A stretch of DNA of 64,000 bases from Patescibacteria group bacterium (GTDB taxonomy: Bacteria > Patescibacteriota > Minisyncoccia > Phycocordibacterales > UBA1006): NCBI GenBank assembly GCA_028286885.1, contig JAQBQS010000003.1, positions 44,607-108,606 on the forward strand, read 5' to 3'. Of the stretch, positions 28,265 through 39,194 are shown piece by piece. The translations under genes were made by a program, and so were the position numbers. The notes beneath the pieces were generated by a model. It did not search any database, was not told the origin of the DNA, and saw nothing but the letters and a program-made list of their open reading frames with translations. The first letter of the stretch is position 1. Every line of letters starts with the position of its first letter.

Positions 28265-30148
28265 ATGTCAAAAATCATTGGTATCGATCTCGGTACAACA
28301 AACAGCGCTGTCGCCATCATCGAGGGCGGACAGCCGAAAATTATAGAAAACGTTGAGGGAGCGAGAACGACTCCAAGTATTGTCGCGCTTGCGAAAAATG
28401 GAGACCGATTGGTCGGAGCCTTGGCGAAGCGCCAGGCGGTGACGAATCCGGAAAACACGATCTTCGGAATCAAGCGCTACATGGGACACAAGTTCAATGA
28501 CGAGGTCGTGAAAAAAGACCTCGCTCATTCGCCGTTCAAAATTTCATCAGGCGCTGACAACGGCGTGTCCGTAAAATTCGGCGACAAGGAATATCGACCG
28601 GAAGAAATCTCGGCGATGATCCTTGCAAAAATCAAGGCTGATGTCGAGGCGAAACTCGGCGAAACGATCACAGAGGCTGTCATTACAGTCCCTGCGTATT
28701 TCGACGACTCACAGCGACAGGCAACGGTCAACGCAGGTAAAATTGCGGGACTTGATGTAAAGCGAATCATCAACGAGCCGACAGCGGCCGCACTTGCGTA
28801 CGGATTTAATTCCAAGAAAGAGCAGAAGATTGCAGTGTACGACTTCGGAGGAGGAACATTCGACATTTCAGTTTTGGAAGTCGGAGCTGATCTCGTAGAA
28901 GTTAAATCTACCGACGGAGATGCGCACATGGGTGGAGAAGACATCGATCGATCAATCATCGAATGGATTGCAACTGAATTCAAGAAAGAATCCGGAATTG
29001 ATGTCACCAAAGACGTCCTGGCTTTGCAGCGATTGAAAGAAGCAGCTGAAAAGACGAAACATGAATTGTCGACGTCAGTCGAGTCTGAAATCAACATTCC
29101 GTTCATCGCACAAAACGACGGAGTCCCGGCCCACTTGGTCATGAAAATGACGCGAGCGAAACTTGAGGAATTGGCTGCGCCGTTCATCGACAAGTCAATT
29201 GAAATTACAAAACGAGCGATCGAAGCATCACCGTTTAAGATCGGAGAAATCGACGAGATCATCATGGTCGGAGGACAGACGCGCATGCCGAAGATTGTCG
29301 AGGAAGTAAAGAAGCTTTTCGGAAAGGAACCTAACCGATCAATTAACCCGGACGAAGTCGTGGCACTTGGTGCTGCGGTTCAGGCTGGAGTTTTGCAGGG
29401 GGATGTCAAAGACGTACTCTTGCTCGATGTGATTCCATTGTCGCTTGGAATCGAAACGATGGGATCAGTTGCAACGAAACTGATCGAGCGAAACACGACG
29501 ATCCCAACATCAAAGTCGCAAGTATTCTCGACAGCGTCTGACAATCAGACATCGGTAGAAATCCATATCGTTCAGGGTGAGCGCCCAATGGCGGCTGATA
29601 ACAAATCACTCGGTCGGTTTACGCTTGGCGACATTGCGCCGGCTCCGCGAGGAATGCCACAAGTCGAAGTTACATTCGATATTGACGCAAACGGAATCTT
29701 GAAAGTGAAGGCACTTGATAAGGCGACGAATAAGGAGGCATCGATCACCGTCCAGTCAGGCGGGGGACTTTCAGATGCGGATGTGAAAAAGATGCAGGAA
29801 GACGCTGAAAAATACAAAGCCGAAGACGAGAAGAAAAAAGAGTTGATCGACAAGAAAAACACGGCCGACACGACAGTGTTTGGAGCGGAAAAATCGATGA
29901 AGGAATATTCTGACAAACTCGACGAGGCAACAAAGACTTCGATCAATGATGCCATTGCGAAGGTGAAGGAAGTAAAAGATGGGGAAGATGCAGATGCGAT
30001 TCATTCAGCGACAGAAAAGCTTTCCGAGGAGATGATGAAGATTTATGAGGTGATCCAGAAAGCGGGGCAGGCTGAACAGGCGGCTCCGAATGCGGAGGAA
30101 CCTTCAAACGAAGGAACAACTCCAGAAGGGGAAGGTGAGGCAAAATAA
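28265..30148 (+). CDS. dnaK: Chaperone DnaK
   Basis: [39 protein letters not shown]. Confidence 0.99.
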   Translation: MSKIIGIDLGTTNSAVAIIEGGQPKIIENVEGARTTPSIVALAKNGDRLVGALAKRQAVTNPENTIFGIKRYMGHKFNDEVVKKDLAHSPFKISSGADNGVSVKFGDKEYRPEEISAMILAKIKADVEAKLGETITEAVITVPAYFDDSQRQATVNAGKIAGLDVKRIINEPTAAALAYGFNSKKEQKIAVYDFGGGTFDISVLEVGADLVEVKSTDGDAHMGGEDIDRSIIEWIATEFKKESGIDVTKDVLALQRLKEAAEKTKHELSTSVESEINIPFIAQNDGVPAHLVMKMTRAKLEELAAPFIDKSIEITKRAIEASPFKIGEIDEIIMVGGQTRMPKIVEEVKKLFGKEPNRSINPDEVVALGAAVQAGVLQGDVKDVLLLDVIPLSLGIETMGSVATKLIERNTTIPTSKSQVFSTASDNQTSVEIHIVQGERPMAADNKSLGRFTLGDIAPAPRGMPQVEVTFDIDANGILKVKALDKATNKEASITVQSGGGLSDADVKKMQEDAEKYKAEDEKKKELIDKKNTADTTVFGAEKSMKEYSDKLDEATKTSINDAIAKVKEVKDGEDADAIHSATEKLSEEMMKIYEVIQKAGQAEQAAPNAEEPSNEGTTPEGEGEAK

Positions 30149-30180
30149 AAAAGCCGCCTCGTATAAGGCAGCTTATAAAA

Positions 30181-30462
30181 TTAGATGTAAGCAGGATTGT
30201 GAAGTATTGAAGGCTCATTTCCTTCAAAATAAATAACAGGTGCGAGAATGTTCTTCATTCTTTTTACCAGGTTAGTTACTTTGTTGATAAGGATTTCTCC
30301 CAACACTCCTGAAAAGTTGTTCTTCTCCGTATCGGCGACAACAATGACCAGTTCGCAATCGAATCTGTTTTGTATGTTGCCTACCTTTACTGCGTCCTTG
30401 TTGCTTACTTCCTGAGATACTAAGTCATAGATTTCTGACATTTCTTCATTTGTGAATTTCAT
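30181..30462 (-). CDS. Hypothetical protein inserted between dnaK and dnaJ
   Basis: 93-aa ORF from ATG 30462 with a shared terminator at 30147-30175. Confidence 0.55.
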   Translation of the reverse strand: MKFTNEEMSEIYDLVSQEVSNKDAVKVGNIQNRFDCELVIVVADTEKNNFSGVLGEILINKVTNLVKRMKNILAPVIYFEGNEPSILHNPAYI

Positions 30463-30585
30463 ATATTTAGTTTTAATAGAGAAAATATAGCATATTGGCA
30501 TATATTTGTCAAGTTCACTCTTCTTTCCCAAGAAAACCGCTGTTTTCTTGGGTATAGAGGCCTGAATGCCTTATAATAAACCTTC

Positions 30586-31665
30586 ATGTCAAAAGACTTT
30601 TACAAAATTTTAGGAGTGGAAAAAAACGCCAGCGAGGCGGATATTAAGGCTGCGTTCAGAAAGTTGGCGCATCAGCATCATCCCGACAAGAATGGAGGTG
30701 ATGATAAGAAGTTCAAAGAGGTGAACGAGGCATACCAGACTCTTTCTGATAAAACGAAACGTTCACAGTACGACCAGTTCGGGTCAAACGGTCCGCAGTT
30801 CGGCGGACAGGGCGGAGGCAATCCGTTTGATGGCGGAGCCGGAGGTTTTGACTTCGGAGGGTTCGATTTCTCACAGTTCCAAGGAGGCGCTGGCGGATTC
30901 GAATTCGACTTGGGAGATTTGTTCGGAGGCGGCGGACGATCTCGTGCCAAACGCGGAAATGATATCGAAACGCAGATTAGGATTACCTTCAAGGAATCCG
31001 TCTTTGGCGTCGAGAAAACCATTGCAATGAACAAGGTTTCAACTTGCAAGACATGCCATGGAACTGGGGGAAAGCCAGGAACGAAAATGAACGAGTGCAA
31101 GAATTGCCACGGCCAAGGGCGCATCCAAAAGATGCAGCGCACTATTTTAGGTAACATGCAGACAGTGGTGGAGTGCGACGTATGCCATGGATCAGGAAAG
31201 GTTCCCGAAGTTAAATGCGAGACATGCCGCGGCGCGGGAGTCGTTCGCGACCGAGAGGAAATTCTCGTGAAGATTCCTGCAGGACTCAATACGGGCGATA
31301 CGCTCCGTATGGACGGTGCGGGCGAAGCCACGGCGCACGGGCAGTCCGGAGATTTGTTTATTCAGGTTGCAATCGAACCGCATCCGGTTTTCAAGCGGCT
31401 CGGGAATGATTTGATGATGCCGTATGAAATCAATCTTGCCGATGCGCTTCTCGGAAAAGAAATTGAAATTGAGACATTGGACGGGAGCGAAAAACTTCAC
31501 ATCCCCGAGGGAACGAACAATGGCGATCAGCTGAAGATTAAAGGGAGGGGAGTTGTTCACGGACGAAATCGCGGTGATCTTATTGTTGGCATGAAAGTAA
31601 AGATGCCAAAAAAACTCTCGCGCAAGGCACGAGAGCTGGTTGAAGAGTTAAGAAATGAGTTATAA
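30586..31665 (+). CDS. dnaJ: Chaperone DnaJ
   Basis: HPD motif, G/F region, four CxxCxGxG repeats. Confidence 0.98.
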   Translation: MSKDFYKILGVEKNASEADIKAAFRKLAHQHHPDKNGGDDKKFKEVNEAYQTLSDKTKRSQYDQFGSNGPQFGGQGGGNPFDGGAGGFDFGGFDFSQFQGGAGGFEFDLGDLFGGGGRSRAKRGNDIETQIRITFKESVFGVEKTIAMNKVSTCKTCHGTGGKPGTKMNECKNCHGQGRIQKMQRTILGNMQTVVECDVCHGSGKVPEVKCETCRGAGVVRDREEILVKIPAGLNTGDTLRMDGAGEATAHGQSGDLFIQVAIEPHPVFKRLGNDLMMPYEINLADALLGKEIEIETLDGSEKLHIPEGTNNGDQLKIKGRGVVHGRNRGDLIVGMKVKMPKKLSRKARELVEELRNEL

Positions 31666-31722
31666 AATTGTCAAGTAGCAAAAACCTTTCATTGCAAAGG
31701 CTTTTTGCGTATACTCTTTAAA

Positions 31723-31833
31723 ATGCACATTATGATAGCAACAATATTTTGGTTAATGTTTCTGGCTTTATTTATCATTGCGGGCGTAGGTGCGGGTTTT
31801 GTAAAACCTATCTCTGAATCCGAAATGAAATAA
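31723..31833 (+). CDS. Possible 36-aa single-TM micro-protein
   Basis: TATACT 7 nt upstream; MHIMIATIFWLMFLALFIIAGVGAGFVKPISESEMK. Confidence 0.45.
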   Translation: MHIMIATIFWLMFLALFIIAGVGAGFVKPISESEMK

Positions 31834-31887
31834 AGAATACTTCCGTCAGTCGAAATGCAGACCCCGAGGTCTGCATTTTTTAATACA

Positions 31888-33312
31888 CTAAATCTTGGAA
31901 AGTTTTTGCCCCCCGTCCGTGTCCTTTACATCAAACCCATGCGTTTTTATTTCATTCCTGATTTCATCTGACTTGTTCCAATCCTTTGCGCTGCGCGCGG
32001 CCTCCCGGGCATCGAGCAACGTTTGGATTTCAGTTGAAATGACCATTTCAACTTCCTCTGCATTCTTGTCCAAGTCGAGGCCGAGAACGTTGTCAAAATC
32101 GAGAATCGTTGCTTTCTTGTCGGCATCAGATACATCGGCATTTTTCAAAAGTTCCCACACGACCGCGAGTCCGCCGGCGAGATTGAAATCATCATTCACC
32201 ATTTCGTTGAAAAGAATTTTGTAGGATTCTGAAACCGTTCCATCATCCGGCATCTTGGCAACGGTTGCTTTCAGTTTTTTCATCGCTGTTTCAGACGCTT
32301 CCAGATTGTCCCATGTGAAGTTCTGTTTTGAACGGTAGTTCGACTGCAGGAAGAAGTAACGAAGCGCGAGCGGCGAGAATCCTTTAGCGATGATGTCCTT
32401 CATCACGTACGCGTTGCCTTCGGACTTGCCCATCTTTTTTCCATCAACAAGGAGATGTTCGTTGTGCAGCCAGTAGTTGACGAAGTGCGCGCCGTTGGCA
32501 CATTCGGATTGCGCGATTTCGTTGGTGTGGTGGATGGGGATATGCTCGACGCCGCCCATGTGAACGTCAAACGTTGCGCCAAGGTGGTGGCGGCTCATGG
32601 CAGAACATTCGATGTGCCAGCCGGGGAATCCTCGGCCATTTTCAACGAGCGGGGACGCAAACGGCGACTCCCATGTCTGGAGTGCATTGGCGTGAACGCC
32701 TGCTTTGAAAAACCAAAGGGCGAAATCGTGAGGGTCTTTCTTGTCGGAATCGGTAACGGTTCCATGTCCCTCGCCGGATTCCAAGTGATCAAGTTTCTGA
32801 CCTGAGAGTTTCGTGTAATCGGGAAACTTGCAGACGTCGAAATAAACGGCGTGCGGCGTCGAGTATGCGAATCCCTTGTCGAGAAGTTCCTGCACCATCT
32901 GGATCATGTCGTCGATGTAGTGCGTGGCGCGGGTCGCGTGCGTAGGCGGGATGACATTGAGGGACGCGATGTCCTCGTTGAATGCCTTGATGTATTTGTC
33001 CGCGATCGCATCCGGAGACGTGTTTTCGCGCTTGGCGGCTTTCTCCATGCGGTCTTCGCCTGAGTCGGCGTCTCCAATATTGTCGCCAGTCAAATGTCCG
33101 ACGTCAGTATAATTCCGAACGAAATTTGTTTCGTATCCGTTGTACATGAAGACGCGTCGGATCAGGTCCGACATCACCATCGCGCGCATGTTTCCAATCT
33201 GCTGGTCCCAGTATACTGTCGGCCCGCAGTGGTACATGCCGACCTTGCCCGTCGCGATAGGCGAGAAGACCTCTTTTTTCTTGGACAACGTATTGGTGAG
33301 ATGGATATTCAT
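31888..33312 (-). CDS. cysS: Cysteine--tRNA ligase
   Basis: MYHCGPTVY, DFALW, GFPGWHIECSAM, HHTNEIAQSE, KMGKSEGN. Confidence 0.98.
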   Translation of the reverse strand: MNIHLTNTLSKKKEVFSPIATGKVGMYHCGPTVYWDQQIGNMRAMVMSDLIRRVFMYNGYETNFVRNYTDVGHLTGDNIGDADSGEDRMEKAAKRENTSPDAIADKYIKAFNEDIASLNVIPPTHATRATHYIDDMIQMVQELLDKGFAYSTPHAVYFDVCKFPDYTKLSGQKLDHLESGEGHGTVTDSDKKDPHDFALWFFKAGVHANALQTWESPFASPLVENGRGFPGWHIECSAMSRHHLGATFDVHMGGVEHIPIHHTNEIAQSECANGAHFVNYWLHNEHLLVDGKKMGKSEGNAYVMKDIIAKGFSPLALRYFFLQSNYRSKQNFTWDNLEASETAMKKLKATVAKMPDDGTVSESYKILFNEMVNDDFNLAGGLAVVWELLKNADVSDADKKATILDFDNVLGLDLDKNAEEVEMVISTEIQTLLDAREAARSAKDWNKSDEIRNEIKTHGFDVKDTDGGQKLSKI

Positions 33313-33415
33313 GGGGAAATAGTACCAAGAATAAGGGGTTTTGTTGACTTGACAAGTAAATTATAAAGTGCTAATATCGTTCGGTAAAAGATCTTTAACC
33401 AAAATTTTATAAACT

Positions 33416-33736
33416 ATGCGGAAACAAGTTGCAGTCCAAGTGATGACAAAACCGATGACGCTCAAGGAACTTCTTGAGCACATGTATGAACTCGCGCTCG
33501 GAGGGTTCGCCGATTCACAGGCCTTCTATGATACGTTCAAGGAATACGACAAGCGATTCAGCACTCGGGGAATCGACGGTATCGAGAGGCAGGCGGCATA
33601 CGATTATCTCAATGGCAAAGAGGTCAGACTTCACGGGATAGGAGATCTCAATATCCAAAACGTGATCAGCATGTATGAGACGCCGCAGCTCGCGGTTTAT
33701 CCTTCGGAAGCGGAACTCGCAGAAAGCTCAGATTAA
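33416..33736 (+). CDS. Hypothetical protein
   Basis: 106-aa ORF with its own promoter-like region and terminator. Confidence 0.6.
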   Translation: MRKQVAVQVMTKPMTLKELLEHMYELALGGFADSQAFYDTFKEYDKRFSTRGIDGIERQAAYDYLNGKEVRLHGIGDLNIQNVISMYETPQLAVYPSEAELAESSD

Positions 33737-33766
33737 AAAACCAAAAGCGCCTCGTAAGGCGCTTTT

Positions 33767-34657
33767 TTATATCCACTTTTTATATGCGAAATAAATCTGC
33801 ATGATAACCAAGAGCACCACGAGGACGACGACGGTAATCCAGAATCCGTGTTCTCCTTGGAACAGGCGCGGCGCGTTATGCGCGACGAGGACCGTTGCCA
33901 CGAGCGTCAGAGGGAACGTTACGAACGCCATGAGCGTGAGTTTTTTTGTTACCTCGTTATTTTTCGCTGTTAGCAGCGAATCGTTCGTCTCTCGCAATTC
34001 CGACAAGACTTCGCGGCAATTCTCAAGCGCGCCTTCCACGCGCGAGAAATCCTTGTACACGCTGTCGCGGTCGACGGACTTCTTCCATAGTTTCTCGGCG
34101 TTGAGTTCGAACGATTTCAAAATGATGTGGTGCGAACGGATCGCCTGTTTGAAATCCAGAAGCCGGCGCGTCAGGTGCGAAATTTCCTCGACCATGCGGA
34201 ATTCGTGTCCGCCGAAGATGCCGCCTTCCACGCCCTTGATTTCCTTGCGGAACGATTCGAGCTCTTCGCGCAATCCCCGGTACAATTCATTGTTGATTTC
34301 GAGGAACAGTCCAGGGGTTGAGATTGCCGCCGCCATGCCGATTTCGAATTTCTTGGCGACTTCCATGATCGCGTCGATCGGCTCGTAATGCGCCGTAATG
34401 AGCAAATCTTTGGTTACGATGTAGTCGATCTCGATATCGCGCGTTTCATGCCGCATGGACGGGTGGTCGGGGTAGTGGAGCGCCGCGTAGAATCCGAGTT
34501 CGTTCGTTTCGGTTTTGGCGCGTGCAGTGGGCTGCGATAATTCCTCGGCCCAGCCGGGAAGGATTTCAAACTCGGCGACGATTTTCGAAATGTCTTCCGG
34601 AGTCGGGCTTTCAATGTCGATCCAAGTGAGGTTCTTATTCTTGATGAGAGTGATCAT
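33767..34657 (-). CDS. CorA-family divalent cation transporter (divergent)
   Basis: LTWIDIESP, long helical stalk, NEVTKKLT plus two C-terminal TMs; GMN motif replaced by AHN. Confidence 0.8.
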   Translation of the reverse strand: MITLIKNKNLTWIDIESPTPEDISKIVAEFEILPGWAEELSQPTARAKTETNELGFYAALHYPDHPSMRHETRDIEIDYIVTKDLLITAHYEPIDAIMEVAKKFEIGMAAAISTPGLFLEINNELYRGLREELESFRKEIKGVEGGIFGGHEFRMVEEISHLTRRLLDFKQAIRSHHIILKSFELNAEKLWKKSVDRDSVYKDFSRVEGALENCREVLSELRETNDSLLTAKNNEVTKKLTLMAFVTFPLTLVATVLVAHNAPRLFQGEHGFWITVVVLVVLLVIMQIYFAYKKWI

Positions 34658-34740
34658 GGGATAATTTTAGCAATATTTCGTGCCGTTCGAATACTTGACT
34701 AAAATTAATTGAAATGCTATTATGCAAAAAACTTAAAAAT

Positions 34741-35184
34741 ATGAATCAAGTATTTCAAGCAAGAAAGTACAACTCCGGGCGATTGTTTTCGGGATTCAAG
34801 GCGTCATATATGATTCTCAGACAACATAAATTTCCATGGGAGTATCCTCAAAAAGAAGAGGCATACCTCTGCAGATATGATAGTGATCGTGTATTTCGCC
34901 AAGAAAACGAACGTGCAAAAGCCTGTGCTGTCAAATATGTAGGCAAGGATTACCGCAACGAATACGACCTGGTCGCGTGGATCCAAAAGGCAAGGCATGA
35001 GAAAGTGATATCCTTCATCCAGGAATTTATCGAAGCAGACTCTGCCAAGCAGTGGACCGGTTACAGGATCATGCTTACAATGGAACAAGGCTGGCCGATA
35101 CTTACCCTGGAGATGTACGCTCAAACGAAAGAAAGCAATACTAAGGTTTACAGCAGGCGCATCGCACCGAATGTCGAAGCCTAG
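34741..35184 (+). CDS. Hypothetical protein
   Basis: ORF with A-rich leader and downstream hairpin. Confidence 0.6.
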   Translation: MNQVFQARKYNSGRLFSGFKASYMILRQHKFPWEYPQKEEAYLCRYDSDRVFRQENERAKACAVKYVGKDYRNEYDLVAWIQKARHEKVISFIQEFIEADSAKQWTGYRIMLTMEQGWPILTLEMYAQTKESNTKVYSRRIAPNVEA

Positions 35185-35282
35185 CTAAAATTATCAAGAT
35201 CTGTCCGCACATGTGCACGGCAGGTCTTTTTTACTGCATGGGGCTTGCAAATTCTGCGACCTCGTGCTACGATGATCCCACT

Positions 35283-35681
35283 ATGGCAACAGCTAAAAAG
35301 ACGACCAAAACGGTCGCAGTCAAAAAAACAGCGGCTAAGAAGGCGGCCCCAAAGGCTCCTAAATCTGGTCCGTTCGCAGTCATTGCAACCGGCGGCAAGC
35401 AGTACCTCGTTCGTCCGAACGATGTCATTACCGTCGAGATCCTTGACGGAGAGTTCAAGGCGGGGGATTCAATCTCATTTGACCAGGTTCTCCTGATCGA
35501 TGACGGATCAACGACAAAGATCGGCGCTCCCTACGTAGCCGGCGCATCAGTGAAAGCTGCATTCGTCGAAGCCGGACGAGCTGCAAAGATCGACGTGATC
35601 AAATACCAGCCGAAATCTCGATACTACAAGAAGCGCGGTCACCGACAGCCTTTCATGAAGTTCAAGATCGTTGGGTTCTAA
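35283..35681 (+). CDS. rplU: 50S ribosomal protein L21 with a Lys/Ala-rich N-terminal extension
   Basis: FAVIATGGKQY, IGAPYV, KKRGHRQPF. Confidence 0.97.
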   Translation: MATAKKTTKTVAVKKTAAKKAAPKAPKSGPFAVIATGGKQYLVRPNDVITVEILDGEFKAGDSISFDQVLLIDDGSTTKIGAPYVAGASVKAAFVEAGRAAKIDVIKYQPKSRYYKKRGHRQPFMKFKIVGF

Positions 35682-35774
35682 CTTGATTTGAAAAAGCAGG
35701 CGGAAGCCTGTTTTTTTGTTGGACTTTTTTCGATCATTGCCAAAATGTGGGAAAACACCTATGATTGGGCCTAT

Positions 35775-38207
35775 ATGGCTTTCGGATTTGAACTATTTAA
35801 GAAACAAAACAAAAAAGAAGAAAAGATTGAGACCTCTCCTTCGCGTCAGGTTGAAAGCATTGAAAGTCGTGAGGCTGAACTTCACGTCATTGGCAATATT
35901 CGAAAATATGGATCCAAGTCGATTCGCAACCTATTCATCGCGATCGCTCTTGTCATGGGCGGAGCCGAATCTACGAGTTCGTTCTTCGAACCCGCTCGAA
36001 AAAATAAACAATATGCTTACGAGGCGGAGTCGCGTCAGGAATTCGAATTCCATAAGCAGGAATTCTCGAGTATCCTCAGTCGCGACGAATACAAAAAGTT
36101 CGTTTCTCTTATGGATAATCATATTATTTCGACTCACGACTTGGTCACCAACGGCGACTACCGTGAGGAGGTTATTTCTCTGGGGAATGAATTCAGTATG
36201 ACGGCGATGGATCTCTACTATCTGAGTGATCCGGAGATTGAGCGGAATGTTATGAGTATGTCGATTGATCCCGAAATAAAACGTTCGATCCATTCGATTG
36301 CAACATCCAGCCGAGGCAAATATAAGCTCGACTTCGGTGCTCTTTCTGTTTCGAAACCCGAGCTTATGAAAAATCCTAAGCATGTCCAAGCCCTCGAACG
36401 CGCTGCAAGCCTCGGTCTTAAAAATGTTCCCGGGTCGCTTGATAGTCTCGAACGGATTAATGACGATGCATTTTACAGTTCCCTCAAGCAAATCGCTGAT
36501 GCGCACGACGTCTCGTTCGATGCAGACGTTGTTTACGCTGAGACGAAAAAGATTTCCACACTCAATGACTTTCCAAATGTCATGGCAAACATTGACGGGT
36601 CGACGATTGATTTTGCGTTAATAGACTTTGCGGCGAGCGGCAACAGCCAATTTTCCGCGTGGGACGGTGCACTAGCCAGTCCGCAAAACCTTGAGACATT
36701 CAAGGAATTTCAGAAGAGGGGATATTCCGTGATATCTCTCCTGAACTCGAGCTTTTATTTCGCTAACACTGACGAGTTTTTCCGTTCGGAGAATACTAGA
36801 CATCTGTATTCCATTATTGCGGACTATGTGGATCGCAAAGATCTAGCAAATACTGAAATCTCGTCCATTGTGGGAACAATTATGCGTTTTTATCGGGAAA
36901 AGAACAGCAAGGATTATCATGATGTTAACCTTGCTTCTGCTGAGATGGATCTGAAGAGGCTCGTTCCTAATGAAATTGTCTCCGCGGACGAGCTTGAGCA
37001 CAGGCTAAAGAAGGATGGTATTTATGAAAATATCTTTCTTCCGCTCGTGGCTGAGACCGACTCGACTGATCGCCTCGAAAATAACTTCATGGGCGATCCT
37101 GCACTGAAGTATGTCCGGGATCTCGGCTATCACAAACATTCTCCAACGTCCCTTGCCGGGATGTCTGCCCGCGAGCGTGCCTCCTGGATCATGCAGACAT
37201 GCCGGGCCATGGAGGTGGCAAATGCCAAGTGTACTCCTGAGAACTTCGACAGTACGCTCTGCTCGATTATGGAAACCAGGAGCAATCCGGAGATGCAGAA
37301 AATGCTTCTTTTCAAGGGCAGGAACGTAGCTTATATGGCAAATAACGAGAAGATGGTAGTTCCCGTCGACAGCGCACATGATGGAAACAGGTTCGGCAAG
37401 AAAAAGACACTCGAGTCGCTTAAAGCGCAGCATCCTGCATCAATGCAGCTTTTCCGTGCCGATTTCGCATTAACGAATGTCGAAAGTCAGAAGAAGGCGT
37501 TCTTCGACTTCGTATCAACCCAGAAAAACGTGACGATTCTCGTTGATGCACACGGCTCGCCCGACGGCATTTATTTTTCCGAAGGGGTACCAGACGCAAA
37601 GGGAAATGCACAGGCAATCGAAGGAGCCAACAAGATCGGCAACTACGACATTGCCCAGGCTCTCATCGAGCGCTATACCAAGCACGGGATCCGCGACAGG
37701 GCAGTCCTGGTGGAGAATGCCTGTATGAACTTCCAGTTCATTCAAGGGCTTTATGACAGGATCCAACAGTACAATAAGGAATTCAAGACCGACGTACCTC
37801 TCCCATATGCCGTAGGTGTTTCTGAATACGGCCAGTATGGCTTCTCGACATTTGAAAACGACTACGGTAATGCCTTGTTCGGTGACATGTTCTCAAATGG
37901 CAGACCTGTCACCATGCAGGATATTATCGATATAGAACACGACGGCAAGGGAATGCTCTCGAACATTTCGATTTTTGCTCCTCACAAGTCCGAGTTATAC
38001 GAGAGTGTGTTCAAGGAAGTTATCGATGCCAAGCCGGCAGCTACGTCTCCTTCCCGCGCCACATCGCACAATCCGCAGGAGCAGTCGCATTCCAAGTCCA
38101 AGATTAAGACTTACCACTCAGTACAGGAAAAGGTCGTTCGCGAGATTCCTTACCAAATCGCTGACGCGTCCAATCTCGAAAGGGACACCGACCAAAACAA
38201 TGCATAA
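35775..38207 (+). CDS. Large hypothetical protein with a possible C-terminal caspase/CHAT-like peptidase domain
   Basis: N-terminal TM-like segment; TILVDAHGSPDG and VLVENACMN His-Gly/Cys dyad pattern. Confidence 0.5.
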   Translation: MAFGFELFKKQNKKEEKIETSPSRQVESIESREAELHVIGNIRKYGSKSIRNLFIAIALVMGGAESTSSFFEPARKNKQYAYEAESRQEFEFHKQEFSSILSRDEYKKFVSLMDNHIISTHDLVTNGDYREEVISLGNEFSMTAMDLYYLSDPEIERNVMSMSIDPEIKRSIHSIATSSRGKYKLDFGALSVSKPELMKNPKHVQALERAASLGLKNVPGSLDSLERINDDAFYSSLKQIADAHDVSFDADVVYAETKKISTLNDFPNVMANIDGSTIDFALIDFAASGNSQFSAWDGALASPQNLETFKEFQKRGYSVISLLNSSFYFANTDEFFRSENTRHLYSIIADYVDRKDLANTEISSIVGTIMRFYREKNSKDYHDVNLASAEMDLKRLVPNEIVSADELEHRLKKDGIYENIFLPLVAETDSTDRLENNFMGDPALKYVRDLGYHKHSPTSLAGMSARERASWIMQTCRAMEVANAKCTPENFDSTLCSIMETRSNPEMQKMLLFKGRNVAYMANNEKMVVPVDSAHDGNRFGKKKTLESLKAQHPASMQLFRADFALTNVESQKKAFFDFVSTQKNVTILVDAHGSPDGIYFSEGVPDAKGNAQAIEGANKIGNYDIAQALIERYTKHGIRDRAVLVENACMNFQFIQGLYDRIQQYNKEFKTDVPLPYAVGVSEYGQYGFSTFENDYGNALFGDMFSNGRPVTMQDIIDIEHDGKGMLSNISIFAPHKSELYESVFKEVIDAKPAATSPSRATSHNPQEQSHSKSKIKTYHSVQEKVVREIPYQIADASNLERDTDQNNA

Positions 38208-38289
38208 GTATGTCAAGAAGACCGCAAGCCCTCGCTTGCTTTTTTCTTGAAAATGTTATATAAAGTTCTAAATCAAAAACAGAATAAAC

Positions 38290-38859
38290 ATGAAAAAATT
38301 AAGCATTATTCTTTTCTTACTTGTTACCGCTACGTTTTTTACGGGCTGCAAGAAGAACAGCAGCTGGAACGTCATCGTCGACAGAGACTATCGCATGATA
38401 ATCTCCAAAAGCAATGACCAGTCGGTCGATATCCTGCGCAGCATGTTCGGCGGGGAGACAAGCCAGGCCGTATTTCGCCTCAACAGCGACAAGACAGGCA
38501 CTCTCTCATTTGGGAGTCAGTCGTCCGGTTCAACGAATGTAACGATTGTCACCAATGTTTATTTCAGCAATGGAAGCTACTACTGCGAAACAAAGGGCGG
38601 AACGAGCTACCAAATCGGAACTTCGGGATTCACGCCGGTTTATACGTTTTCGTGGTCGAGGCCGACGGACGAAACACTCAGATTTACATTCGATGTTGAT
38701 CCGGCGACGTACAACCAGGATTTCGGGCAGATGCTTCTCAATCTCTCAGCAACCACGTATGACGTTTATCGGACGAACGGATGCGTGATCTGCAGTAACG
38801 AGGCTGTTACGATCAGAAATAAGTATGCTTATTTTGATCTGGTGATTATGCCGCTCTAG
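38290..38859 (+). CDS. Putative lipoprotein
   Basis: MKKLSIILFLLVTATFFTGC-KK lipobox-type signal. Confidence 0.7.
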   Translation: MKKLSIILFLLVTATFFTGCKKNSSWNVIVDRDYRMIISKSNDQSVDILRSMFGGETSQAVFRLNSDKTGTLSFGSQSSGSTNVTIVTNVYFSNGSYYCETKGGTSYQIGTSGFTPVYTFSWSRPTDETLRFTFDVDPATYNQDFGQMLLNLSATTYDVYRTNGCVICSNEAVTIRNKYAYFDLVIMPL

Positions 38860-38939
38860 AAATAGAAAAAGTAAAAGCAAGTGAAAACTTGCTTTTTTAT
38901 TTAAACATGATATAAAATAACAAATCAAAAACTAAATAC

Positions 38940-39194
38940 ATGAAAAAACCTTTTGTTATTCTCGCTGCTATCTTGGTTGTAGCAAGTTCCGGCTGCAGCC
39001 ATAGGAAGGCTGAAGATCCGAAGAAGTATTCGGATTACGATATCAGATTCGCCAAATCACAAGCTTATTTTACCGCTGCGCTTATTGCTAATGGACGCGC
39101 ATCAAATGCCGGGTCGCATGAAGAAGTCGACAGATTTTACAGCCTGTATGAGCAATTCAGAGACAGCGCTAATGTTTATCGCGAACCAAACTAA
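38940..39194 (+). CDS. Putative small lipoprotein
   Basis: MKKPFVILAAILVVASSGC-SH signal. Confidence 0.65.
   Translation: MKKPFVILAAILVVASSGCSHRKAEDPKKYSDYDIRFAKSQAYFTAALIANGRASNAGSHEEVDRFYSLYEQFRDSANVYREPN

Noticed and set aside
28525-29286. Long antisense ORFs opposite dnaK, dnaJ, rpsK/rpsD and the CorA gene
   Set aside because: These are typical shadow ORFs from codon bias in conserved genes.
30586-30606. dnaJ and rlmB both begin MSKDFY (ATGTCAAAAGACTT)
   Set aside because: Only 14 nt are shared and both fit their family N-termini; likely coincidence or start-region bias.
33360-33376. CIRCE half-site AAGTGCTAA
   Set aside because: It has no matching left arm and is not upstream of chaperone genes.
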